NCBI GenBank assembly: GCA_017501665.1
Contig: JAFVWM010000017.1
Location: 94,361-158,360 of the forward strand
Direction: 5' to 3'
Length of the DNA stretch: 64,000 bases
Source of the DNA: Alphaproteobacteria bacterium
Lineage (GTDB): Bacteria; Pseudomonadota; Alphaproteobacteria; RF32; CAG-239
The notes beneath the pieces were generated by a model. The model was not told the DNA's origin. It worked only from the letters and a program-made list of their open reading frames with translations, and ran no database searches. This document shows positions 9,632 through 23,083 of the stretch, in pieces; the stretch's first letter is position 1, and the number at the start of each line of letters is the position of its first letter. The translations under genes and the position numbers were made by a program.

Positions 9632-11956
9632 TTATTTTTTTACACCAAACGGATTTTTTTTATCGTTTTTTTCCATATCAAACGCATCTTCTCCAAGCCA
9701 CCAATCATCGTCTGTATCATTATTTATTTTAACTTCCGTTTTTTTGTTTTTTGCGAAAAATTTTTCTTTTTTATTTTTTTCGATTGCAACTTCGTCAAAA
9801 ATCGTACTCATATACTGATCAAGCTGTAAAGAATCTTCAATATTGTTTTTTTCACCATCGAAAATTTCATTTATTTTAGGCGTAAACAAATCAAATTTAC
9901 TTTTTTTCTTAATTATATCTTCAGACAATGTATATTCAGCATCAAGAACAGCCCATTTTCTAAATATCTCATCTTCACCGAAAAATACATTTTCTGCCAA
10001 AATAGGCCGGTGATAAAAACCTTCAACCAAAACTATTTGATGCGATCGAGTATCTATTTTAATTCTTTTATTAAGTTTAAAATCAAGCGCAAGTCTGTGA
10101 AAATAACTTGCATTTGCAAAATATTTTTTTCGCAATTTACGTTTTCTTTTTTTTGCTTTAGGAATTTGCACCGACTTTGTTGCAAAGGTAGCTAACTTAT
10201 CCAATTGCCGACTAAGCTTTTGATTATCGGGAGCTTTTACAATCTTATAAGAAGTATTCACAACTATACTTTCCAACTCTTCTTTACTATATATATTTTC
10301 CACTAAATTCAATGAATTGGTTAACAGCAACGCTGAAATTTTTTTATTTTTACCTCTTTCCATCAAAGCTTGCAAATTTCTCAGCCTTAAATTATGTCCG
10401 ACATCATCCAAAACCAACATCAATGGTAAAGCACCTTGTCCACCGCCGGATTGCTGATAAATATTTCTATACAAAATTTCATCCAAAAACATTTGATTCA
10501 ATATTTTCGAATTATAATCATTAGCTAAAGAATAGATTGTTACCGGACGCCATTTTTTTTGTGTTTCGTCATAAATTCCTCTAATGTCATCTATATTTAA
10601 ATCATTGCCGTTTGTTCTCTCTCGTAATGCTTTATCGGTAAAAATCTTAAACGGTTTCATAACCAAAGTAAATGCTAACTGACGTTGTTGTTTGGATAAT
10701 GCTAAAACTTCTCTAAAACCATTGATTGCCAAATCACCATACCCGAAAAATATCGATTCCCTCAACAAAGATTCAAACCAAGAAATCCAATCTTTGTTGT
10801 TTTCATCCCTTGATGATACATAGTTATAGATAATCCAATCCGTAATTGACGCAAAACAAACTTCTTTACCTATCCATTGTTCGGGGATTCCTGCCCAACT
10901 GCCGATAGGCACATAATTATCTTGATTTATGGTATTATTTTTTATCGCCGAAACTACATCTTTGATATAAGACTTTTGCATTAAATCATAATAGCTCATC
11001 AATATCTTTTTTTCATCAGAAGTCAAATGGCGCTCTTCAACCAGCTTATTTAAAAAAAAGTCATTAACCTTTGCTTGAAAAACCTTAGCATCCCAATAAG
11101 CCAAAAAAGCAACAATTATAGAATTGGCTAAAACATTCCAATAATCATTTTTTTCCGCATCATTAACATCTGCCAAATAACCGGCAATTCTTTTAATATA
11201 AGCATCTCTGTCTTTTCTGTTTTGCGGCATATTATTTTCACAAAGAGGATTCCATCTGGGGTAGTACATTTCCTTTTCGACATCGTCCTCCAAATCCCAA
11301 TTAAAATAAAACGTCTTGCCGAGTCTTGACCGTTTTCCCGCAGTATATTTGGGTAAAAGTCCTGTCATATCCATACAAATAAGACAAGCATTATCCGAGC
11401 GCAACACCGACGGTATTGCCACACTTGAAGTTTTTCCCGTCCCCATTTCGCCGATACAAAGAATCGATTCCGAAGGTTTTATACCGAGCAAATCTCCGTC
11501 AAACCGCCCCAGCATCATAAAAGGTCCTTTTTTTATACCCATATTTTCAACATCTGATCTTTTCGCAAAATGATGGTTGATAATATACCACAACACAAAA
11601 GAATATTTACTTCTTAAAAAGGTATAAGCACCTGCAAATATCATACCGGCAGGAACAAAAAAAGGAGTAATTAATACCAATCTGACAGCACCGTCAGTAA
11701 AACTTTTTATAAACAAATTCCACCAACTAGCGTATAAACCGAATATATAAAACGGATTCGATATAAAATTAAGCCAATTTATATGTAAAGTTTCACTATG
11801 CTCAATAATTCCAATTCCACAAGAAATATCCAACAATAAAAAACACAAAGCGGACAAAACAAAAAAAGCCGAATAAACGACTAACAATATCAACAATAGA
11901 TTTGACAATGCTTTTATTTTACTTTTTTCCTGACTGATACTAACATCAGCAGTCAT
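9632..11956 (-). CDS. Type IV secretion/conjugation coupling protein (VirD4/TraG/TraD family), divergent, with long K-rich C-terminal extension
   Basis: 774 aa; N-terminal TM helices, Walker A GEMGTGKTS, Walker B LMLVLDDVGH. GAGGAAG SD; starts 2 nt after the pentapeptide gene stop. No other T4SS genes in the window. Confidence 0.65.
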   Translation of the reverse strand: MTADVSISQEKSKIKALSNLLLILLVVYSAFFVLSALCFLLLDISCGIGIIEHSETLHINWLNFISNPFYIFGLYASWWNLFIKSFTDGAVRLVLITPFFVPAGMIFAGAYTFLRSKYSFVLWYIINHHFAKRSDVENMGIKKGPFMMLGRFDGDLLGIKPSESILCIGEMGTGKTSSVAIPSVLRSDNACLICMDMTGLLPKYTAGKRSRLGKTFYFNWDLEDDVEKEMYYPRWNPLCENNMPQNRKDRDAYIKRIAGYLADVNDAEKNDYWNVLANSIIVAFLAYWDAKVFQAKVNDFFLNKLVEERHLTSDEKKILMSYYDLMQKSYIKDVVSAIKNNTINQDNYVPIGSWAGIPEQWIGKEVCFASITDWIIYNYVSSRDENNKDWISWFESLLRESIFFGYGDLAINGFREVLALSKQQRQLAFTLVMKPFKIFTDKALRERTNGNDLNIDDIRGIYDETQKKWRPVTIYSLANDYNSKILNQMFLDEILYRNIYQQSGGGQGALPLMLVLDDVGHNLRLRNLQALMERGKNKKISALLLTNSLNLVENIYSKEELESIVVNTSYKIVKAPDNQKLSRQLDKLATFATKSVQIPKAKKRKRKLRKKYFANASYFHRLALDFKLNKRIKIDTRSHQIVLVEGFYHRPILAENVFFGEDEIFRKWAVLDAEYTLSEDIIKKKSKFDLFTPKINEIFDGEKNNIEDSLQLDQYMSTIFDEVAIEKNKKEKFFAKNKKTEVKINNDTDDDWWLGEDAFDMEKNDKKNPFGVKK

Positions 11957-11958
11957 CT

Positions 11959-13077
11959 TTATCTTCCTCTGTCAAAGTTCTTATTAGGGATTATCTGTTT
12001 ATTTTTAATATTATTATTTGTCTTTTTAGGCGGTTCATTTACAACATTCTCTTTCATTGCCCTTCTTGCCGCCAATTCTTTTTGTTTACGTTCTTCAATT
12101 ATTTTTCTCAATTCTTCATTATGTGATTTTGCTTTTTCATCATCATTTACATCATTTTTTTTATTATCTTCTATTTTTTCTTGGGGCTTTTTTCCGTTAC
12201 TGAATACTTTTTTTCCTACTTTCATTAAAGTATCAATACTAATACCTTTATCTTTAGTAAAATCCCATATCAAATAATCTTTACCGTCTTGAAACATCAA
12301 TGCAATATCTTCAAGTCCGTCTTTGCCTTTTTTCTTCTTTTTAGGTGCCAATATTTTGGCTAACTCTTCTGCCGACGGCACTCTGCCTAAGGCTTGTGCA
12401 ATTTGCTCAGGTGTAATTTTGCATTGACTTAAATCAAGTCCGGTAATGCTCACTCCTGTAAAATTAACACCGGTAAAATCGACACCTGCCAAGTTAACTC
12501 TTGATAAATCTATTTTTGTAAAATCCAACAATGAAAGATTCATCTTTGCTAAATTTAGTTTATGCGGATAATACTTTGCCAAATACTCGATAAGTTCTTG
12601 TAATTCCTCTATACCCAAAGCATCTATTTCGATATCAAGCAATATTACATTTTCTAAATCGGCACCGACTAATTTTATACCGTTTAATTTTGCCTTGGTA
12701 AAATTAACATTTTTCAAAACGGCGCCGGATAAAACAGCCCCGCTTAAATCGGCTCCTTCCAAATTTGCTCCGGTCAAATTAGCACCGCTGAAATCAACTC
12801 CTCGCAAATCAGCTCCGCTAAAATCAACTCCGGTCAAATTGGCAACACTAAAATTTGCACCTTTTAAATTTTCTTTTGAAAACTTTCCGCCTTCAAGATT
12901 TTTACCGATAAACGAAACATTTTTCTCACCTTGCTGATCATTTATAAGAGAAACAGGCTGATAAACTTTGCTCCAAGAAACAACTTCAGAAAACTCTTTT
13001 TGCAAATTTTCATCATAAGTTTTCTGTTCTTGTTTTATTTTAGATCTAATATTATCAATTTCATTGTTATCAGACAT
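11959..13077 (-). CDS. Pentapeptide-repeat protein with basic C-terminal tail (candidate T4SS substrate)
   Basis: Tandem A(D/N)LxG pentapeptides (ANLTGVDFSGADLRGVDFSGANLTGANLEGADLSGAVLSGAVL...), no signal peptide, K/R-rich C-terminus. Track start 13092 is TTG; ATG at 13077 (MSDNNEID) preferred. Confidence 0.75.
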   Translation of the reverse strand: MSDNNEIDNIRSKIKQEQKTYDENLQKEFSEVVSWSKVYQPVSLINDQQGEKNVSFIGKNLEGGKFSKENLKGANFSVANLTGVDFSGADLRGVDFSGANLTGANLEGADLSGAVLSGAVLKNVNFTKAKLNGIKLVGADLENVILLDIEIDALGIEELQELIEYLAKYYPHKLNLAKMNLSLLDFTKIDLSRVNLAGVDFTGVNFTGVSITGLDLSQCKITPEQIAQALGRVPSAEELAKILAPKKKKKGKDGLEDIALMFQDGKDYLIWDFTKDKGISIDTLMKVGKKVFSNGKKPQEKIEDNKKNDVNDDEKAKSHNEELRKIIEERKQKELAARRAMKENVVNEPPKKTNNNIKNKQIIPNKNFDRGR

Positions 13078-13148
13078 AAACCCTATTCCCAAAACGGTTA
13101 CTACAACTGGTAGAATAATCCAAAATTTGTATTTTTACAAACTTTTTT

Positions 13149-14915
13149 TTACTTCAAAATACAATTAAAACCGGCGTTGATAACATCATTACATAATTTT
13201 TGCAATTTATCGGCATCTGCTTTCATCATTAACCGATGATATAACTTACCTTTTACATTGGCCTGTTCAATATACATCTCATAACCGTCCAATGACGGAA
13301 CAGCTTTTTGAATAAGCAATTGTTCGGCCGTTGCATTATCAATATCCGTAAATGCTCCGAATTGCATAACTGTATGATGAGATAATGCTTTAGCAACCTT
13401 CTTTACCGGCTTAACAACATCTGAAACCACCTTAGACTTTTTAGTGTTTTTCTTTTTTGTTTCATCTTTCAACAACTCTTCCAACCAGTTATCTTTATGA
13501 GCCCAAGCATTTCCGCCATCATCCCATTTCGGATTATCTTTTATTGAAGAAAGCATGGTAATCAAATCTTTATTAAAAGCTTGTTTCAATACGGTTTCTA
13601 TATCACCGATTCTGGCTTTCAAGATATTTTTATCAAACGGAGTTAAACCGGCCATATAATACAAATTACGCAAATAAGCCCCTCTTTGAGCTAACAATCT
13701 TGCTTCTTCATGTTCCAAAGAAATCAACTCAATTTCTTTATTTAATAAATCTATTTTTTCATAATAGTTCGAAGATGTCTTCTTTTGCATAGCCCTAAGA
13801 TCATCTTTAACTTCACTTATTTTATATTGATTAGCTTCATAATCAAAAGTCGCTTTTTCCACCAAACGATACATTATCTCCACTTGAGTAATGACCAAAG
13901 CAGCCAACTCATCAAATACCTTTTGTTTTAATTGTTCATTTGACGGTTTATTTTGAAAGCTTTCTACCGCTTGCAACAAATTAAATGTTACACGTTGAGC
14001 CTTATTAAATAATTCATTTTCATAACGCACATCATCTATTTTTAATCCGTTTATATCGAGTCTCGCAACCAAAGGATAATCAACAAAGGCTTTACGTCTT
14101 GCTTTTGAAGCATTAAACGAACCAAGCTCTGCTTTTGCCAAAGAAAACTCACGACGATTTGAAATTGCTGAATCTTGGAAAATATCAGGAGTATAACGTT
14201 TATCAAAGTCTTCCAATTCGTAAAAACGTTTTCCTTCCAAGCGTAGTTCTTTTTCTTTTGCCTTAATTAAGGCAACATACTCTTTACGAACAAAAACCAG
14301 CTGATTCTTTATTTCAGCCAAGCGATCTAAAGAAACTTCCAAATTTTTACGATAATTAATTTCGTCTGCGGTTAAAGAAGCATCTTTCTCCATTCTTGTG
14401 TTCAAATCTTTCAAAATTTTGCCATATCGATTCATTATTCGGTCAATTTCTTTAATTTTATTAGCCGCAAAAATTTCTTCTCTATGTAATTTGATAGCTT
14501 CAATACTCAAATTTTGAGCCGACTTAGCATATAATGTATCTTCAATATATTTCTGATTATCAGTCAAAACACTCATTGCATACAAATCGGCAAAATCCAT
14601 AGCCTTTACCGAGTTTTCTAATTTATCCGCAACATTCGAAGCAGAAATTATACTTTCGGCAATTTTTTTCGGATTCTCGTCGGCATTATACATTTTTTTA
14701 AGAGTATTTTGAGCCGAAACATCAGAGTTATATTTAGCTGCACGCGCCATAGCATTATACACATTTAGTGTTTTAGGTAACGATTCTACTTCGTAAGACG
14801 CAACCAAATCATTGGTATTCAAAGCTTCACCCAAAGATTTTTTGTTTCCTGAACAAGCACTAATCATAGAAACAGCACCGACTACAACAAAATATAATGC
14901 AATACGTTTAATCAT
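13149..14915 (-). CDS. Lipoprotein with helical/coiled-coil body and C-terminal SPOR-like peptidoglycan-binding domain (OMF/TolC-like body not excluded)
   Basis: Track start 14951 is TTG; ATG 14915 with GAGGAA SD gives MIKRIALYFVVVGAVSMISAC (lipobox ISAC). C-terminal ~75 aa (HTVMQFGAFTDIDNATAEQLL...GKLYHRLMM...AGFNCILK) fits the SPOR pattern. Confidence 0.55.
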   Translation of the reverse strand: MIKRIALYFVVVGAVSMISACSGNKKSLGEALNTNDLVASYEVESLPKTLNVYNAMARAAKYNSDVSAQNTLKKMYNADENPKKIAESIISASNVADKLENSVKAMDFADLYAMSVLTDNQKYIEDTLYAKSAQNLSIEAIKLHREEIFAANKIKEIDRIMNRYGKILKDLNTRMEKDASLTADEINYRKNLEVSLDRLAEIKNQLVFVRKEYVALIKAKEKELRLEGKRFYELEDFDKRYTPDIFQDSAISNRREFSLAKAELGSFNASKARRKAFVDYPLVARLDINGLKIDDVRYENELFNKAQRVTFNLLQAVESFQNKPSNEQLKQKVFDELAALVITQVEIMYRLVEKATFDYEANQYKISEVKDDLRAMQKKTSSNYYEKIDLLNKEIELISLEHEEARLLAQRGAYLRNLYYMAGLTPFDKNILKARIGDIETVLKQAFNKDLITMLSSIKDNPKWDDGGNAWAHKDNWLEELLKDETKKKNTKKSKVVSDVVKPVKKVAKALSHHTVMQFGAFTDIDNATAEQLLIQKAVPSLDGYEMYIEQANVKGKLYHRLMMKADADKLQKLCNDVINAGFNCILK

Positions 14916-15037
14916 AATAAGTTCCTCAAGTTTTGTAACAATTTGAAACAAGAATTTAAATGCTTTTTATCAAAATAATTGTTATATGTAAACCAAAATA
15001 AAATTTCTACAAACAACATAAAAGGACTTGAATACAA

Positions 15038-16042
15038 ATGAATACTCCAATTAAAGTAGCCGTAATCGGCGCCGGTATGATGGGTAAAAACCACTTAAGA
15101 ACTTACAAAAGCTTATCAAATTTTGAATTGGTAGGTGTATATGACATATTCCCCGAAGCAGCTCAAGCAGCAGCCGAAGCTTTTGGCATCAAAGCATTTT
15201 CTTCGCTGGAAGAAGTTGCATCATCTGTTGACGCAGTCAGCGTAGTAACCACCTCAATCACTCATGCCGAAGTCGGTGAATATTTCTTAAATCGTGGCAT
15301 CCATTGTCTTATCGAAAAACCTTTGGCAACAACTAAGGATGAATGCTTGCGTTTAATCAATGCCGCTAAAAACAACAATGTGACATTACTCGTAGGTCAC
15401 ATTGAACAGTTCAATCCGGCTGTGGAACAAATGCACAAAATATTAAACTCTGGCGAAATATGTTCTCTCGAAGCACGCCGTATGTCAGCAGCTTCCGGTC
15501 GTATTACCGACGTTGACGTTGCTATGGATTTAATGATTCACGATGCCGAAGTTGTTTTATCATTGGTAAAATCACCGGTTAAAAATGTATACGCATCATC
15601 AGTAAAGAATGAAAAATATCCTTCAGGCAAAGATTACATCAATGCTTTGGTCGAATTTGAAAATGGTGTGTCCGCAAGTTTTACGGCTTCGCGTATCACC
15701 CAATCACGTGTCAGAACACTTAATGTTACCACATCTAATAACTATTATGATATGGACTTCATTAATCAAAGCATTGCCGTTCATTCACAAGGACGTATGC
15801 ATGGTGTAAATCAAAACGATTTGCCTGAAAATATGCGCTATGGGCTAAAAGGCAGTATTGAAAATTTATTCATTATGCAATCTCAACCTCTTAACTCTGA
15901 GCTAAACCACTTTGCCAACTGCATTTTGGGTAAAGAATCACCCCGCATCACAGGCGAACAAGCTTTAGATGCCTTAAAAGTAATTTGGGCTGTTCAATCT
16001 TGCCTCAACATTAACAAGGCAAATGAAATTGCAGCTGAATAA
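15038..16042 (+). CDS. Gfo/Idh/MocA-family NAD(P)-dependent oxidoreductase
   Basis: N-terminal Rossmann motif KVAVIGAGMMGKNHL plus EKP motif (CLIEKPLA); 334 aa. Confidence 0.8.
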   Translation: MNTPIKVAVIGAGMMGKNHLRTYKSLSNFELVGVYDIFPEAAQAAAEAFGIKAFSSLEEVASSVDAVSVVTTSITHAEVGEYFLNRGIHCLIEKPLATTKDECLRLINAAKNNNVTLLVGHIEQFNPAVEQMHKILNSGEICSLEARRMSAASGRITDVDVAMDLMIHDAEVVLSLVKSPVKNVYASSVKNEKYPSGKDYINALVEFENGVSASFTASRITQSRVRTLNVTTSNNYYDMDFINQSIAVHSQGRMHGVNQNDLPENMRYGLKGSIENLFIMQSQPLNSELNHFANCILGKESPRITGEQALDALKVIWAVQSCLNINKANEIAAE

Positions 16043-16064
16043 AAATTCTTGCAAAAAAAACAAT

Positions 16065-16099
16065 AAAGAGGCATAACTGGTTATGTCTCTTTAATTTTT
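16065..16099 (+). terminator. Rho-independent terminator after the oxidoreductase gene
   Basis: AAAGAGGCATAA-ctgg-TTATGTCTCTTT stem (one G-U wobble) followed by aaTTTTT. Confidence 0.6.
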
Positions 16100-16112
16100 G
16101 GAAAAAAACAAA

Positions 16113-16853
16113 ATGCGCTATAAACTGACATTGGAATATGACGGAACCGATACACTCGGCTGGCAAAGACAACTGGACGGACCTTCAATCCAAGAATATT
16201 TGGAAAAAGTTTTAGAAATTTTATCAGGCACTCACTCCGAAGTCGCAGCTGCCGGTCGCACCGATGCCGGTGTTCATGCTCTTGCCCAAATAGCACACAT
16301 CGATTTTGATACAAATATGGAACCATGGAAAATTCGCGAAGCATTCAATGCTAATCTTCGCCAACTTGAAGCTCCCGTTTCCGTACTTAATGTAGAAACT
16401 GTATCCGATGACTTTCATGCCCGTTTTTCCGCCAAAGGTCGAGGTTATATATATAAAATCCTAAACCGTCGCTCCCCCTCTGTATTACAAGCAAACCGCG
16501 TATGGTGGGTACCGGTAGAACTTGATATCGAAGCTATGCGCAAAGGCGCAAAATATTTATTGGGCAATCATGATTTTTCATCATTTCGAGCTGCCGCCTG
16601 CCAAGCTAAATCGCCGATAAAAACTTTGGATAAACTCGATATTGAAAAAGTCGGTGATGAAATAATTTTTACCGTCGAAGCAAAATCATTTTTACATCAT
16701 CAGGTAAGAAACATGGTCGGAACATTAAAAATGGTCGGTGACGGGAAATTAAAACCCGAAGACATCAAAACAATCTTAGAAGCCAAAGACCGCTCCAAAG
16801 CAGGTGCGACAGCTCCGGCCTGTGGACTTTATTTAAGCAAAGTAGTTTACTAA
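16113..16853 (+). CDS. truA: tRNA pseudouridine(38-40) synthase TruA
   Basis: MRYKLTLEYDGT and catalytic AAGRTDAGVHA motifs. Track start 16098 is TTG; ATG 16113 preferred. Confidence 0.85.
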   Translation: MRYKLTLEYDGTDTLGWQRQLDGPSIQEYLEKVLEILSGTHSEVAAAGRTDAGVHALAQIAHIDFDTNMEPWKIREAFNANLRQLEAPVSVLNVETVSDDFHARFSAKGRGYIYKILNRRSPSVLQANRVWWVPVELDIEAMRKGAKYLLGNHDFSSFRAAACQAKSPIKTLDKLDIEKVGDEIIFTVEAKSFLHHQVRNMVGTLKMVGDGKLKPEDIKTILEAKDRSKAGATAPACGLYLSKVVY

Positions 16854-16930
16854 AAAACACTCAAACCATATTGACAAAATTTCCTAAAAGTAATAATTTC
16901 AAATCTAAAATAAATTAAAAATACATTATT

Positions 16931-17737
16931 ATGAAACAAGAACTTGTAGTGGCGCTATTATATGATTTCGATGGCACATTAGCGCCCGGTAACATGCATG
17001 AGCATGGTTTCATCGAAAAAATGGGATTAACGACAGAAGACTTCTGGAATAAATCTGATACCTTAGCTTTAGAACAAAATGCCGATTCAAACTTGGCATA
17101 TATGCTAAAAACTTTGGAAGAGGCAAAAAAGCTCGGAACAACAAAAAAAGATTTTATGTCTTATGGTAAAGATGTAAAATATTTTAAAGGAGTTGAAGAT
17201 TGGTTCGACCGTATAAATGCTTATGGAAAAAAGCTTGGTATCAAAGTTGAACACTATCTTATATCATCAGGCTTATCCGAGATGGTCGAAGGTATGAGTA
17301 TTTACCCCAAATTTACCAAAATATATGCCAACAGATACATGTATGACGCAAATGGTGTTGCATACTGGCCTGCACGTATCGTAAACTATACGGACAAAAC
17401 ACAATATTTGTACCGAATTTCGAAAGATTGTTTGGAAGAAAGTGATAAAAGCGTCAATGACCGTACCAATGGTGTGCGCATACCTTTCAAACATATGTTA
17501 TATTTTGGAGATGGCTTAACCGATGTTCCTTGCATGGCAATTTTGCAAGAATATGGCGGACATGCCATAGGAATTTACGCACCACGTAAAAGCAAAAAAA
17601 ATGCCGAAAAGCTTTTACACGACAAGCGCGTAAATACAATTGCACCGGCAGATTATTCGGAAGGAGGCAAAATAGACATTTATGTCAAAATGCTTCTAAA
17701 AAAAATAAAAGCCGATGACAACCTTACAAAAATATGA
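16931..17737 (+). CDS. HAD-superfamily hydrolase, paralogue 1 (second copy at 55470..56402)
   Basis: HAD motif I LYDFDGTL near the N-terminus and motif IV YFGDGLTD near the C-terminus. Shares collinear similarity with the 55470 ORF (YFxGVEeWFDRINaYG, EHYiISSG, ARvVNYstKTQY, IPyKrMiYFGDGmTD). Confidence 0.7.
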   Translation: MKQELVVALLYDFDGTLAPGNMHEHGFIEKMGLTTEDFWNKSDTLALEQNADSNLAYMLKTLEEAKKLGTTKKDFMSYGKDVKYFKGVEDWFDRINAYGKKLGIKVEHYLISSGLSEMVEGMSIYPKFTKIYANRYMYDANGVAYWPARIVNYTDKTQYLYRISKDCLEESDKSVNDRTNGVRIPFKHMLYFGDGLTDVPCMAILQEYGGHAIGIYAPRKSKKNAEKLLHDKRVNTIAPADYSEGGKIDIYVKMLLKKIKADDNLTKI

Positions 17738-17745
17738 CCATATAA

Positions 17746-17778
17746 AACCTGCTTTTTATAAAGCAGGTTGTTTTTTTA
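17746..17778 (+). terminator. Rho-independent terminator after HAD paralogue 1
   Basis: AACCTGCTTT-ttat-AAAGCAGGTT stem followed by gTTTTTTT. Confidence 0.65.
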
Positions 17779-17874
17779 TTAAGTAATATAAATTATGTCG
17801 AAAATATAATTTATTTACAACTTATGCTCATTATGCTATTATTTATTTATAAATTATTAGCATAAGGATATATC

Positions 17875-18453
17875 ATGAAATTCGAAAGTAATAAGCAAAA
17901 AGCATCTAAAATTACATTTGGCGAAAAAAAATCATCCCCAAAAATAAAATTTGGAGAAAAGAAAGTTAGCATAACAATACCTGGATTAAAAAAAATAAAA
18001 GATATACCGGCAATGCACCAAGGAACCAATATTCCCATTAACAGTAGAGAAGATCTTAAAGAAATCGTCGAATTACCTTGTCTGAAAGCTTGCCAAGATT
18101 TATTTGATAAAAACATAGAAACTTTAGACTCCGGTTGTAACGGAGAAAACTGCCCTAATTGCGCTTATATTGTTATTAACTATGATACTTTAGATGAACA
18201 TAATAAAACAATGGCCGATGAAATGGTAAAAAAAGGTATTATAAAATTTCATCCTAAGAGCGATGTATGTATTCGTAATTATTTCAACCATATATTTATT
18301 CAAGTACCCACTACTCCGGAAGAAACAGTTGCCTCTGTTGAAAAAAAACTGTCTAAAATAACTCAATTTTTTGTACCTCAACAAAAAATTATAAAAAAAA
18401 TGGATCCTCAAGAAATTTTAGCCATGCATAGAAGATCCCTAGAAGGAAGATAA
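17875..18453 (+). CDS. Hypothetical protein (192 aa), K-rich N-terminus with internal Cys pairs
   Basis: ATG 17875 with AAGGATA SD; no recognisable family (LPCLKACQDLF ... CNGENCPNCAY). Confidence 0.5.
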   Translation: MKFESNKQKASKITFGEKKSSPKIKFGEKKVSITIPGLKKIKDIPAMHQGTNIPINSREDLKEIVELPCLKACQDLFDKNIETLDSGCNGENCPNCAYIVINYDTLDEHNKTMADEMVKKGIIKFHPKSDVCIRNYFNHIFIQVPTTPEETVASVEKKLSKITQFFVPQQKIIKKMDPQEILAMHRRSLEGR

Positions 18454-18496
18454 TGATTGATTCAAAATAACCATTCAAAAAATAGGTGCCATATCT

Positions 18497-23069
<4,573 letters not shown>

Positions 23070-23083
23070 CTAACTCCTTTACC

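Noticed and set aside
12695-12937. 80-aa plus-strand ORF with repetitive APLKS motifs
   Set aside because: It is the antisense shadow of the pentapeptide-repeat array; the periodicity comes from the repeat on the coding strand.
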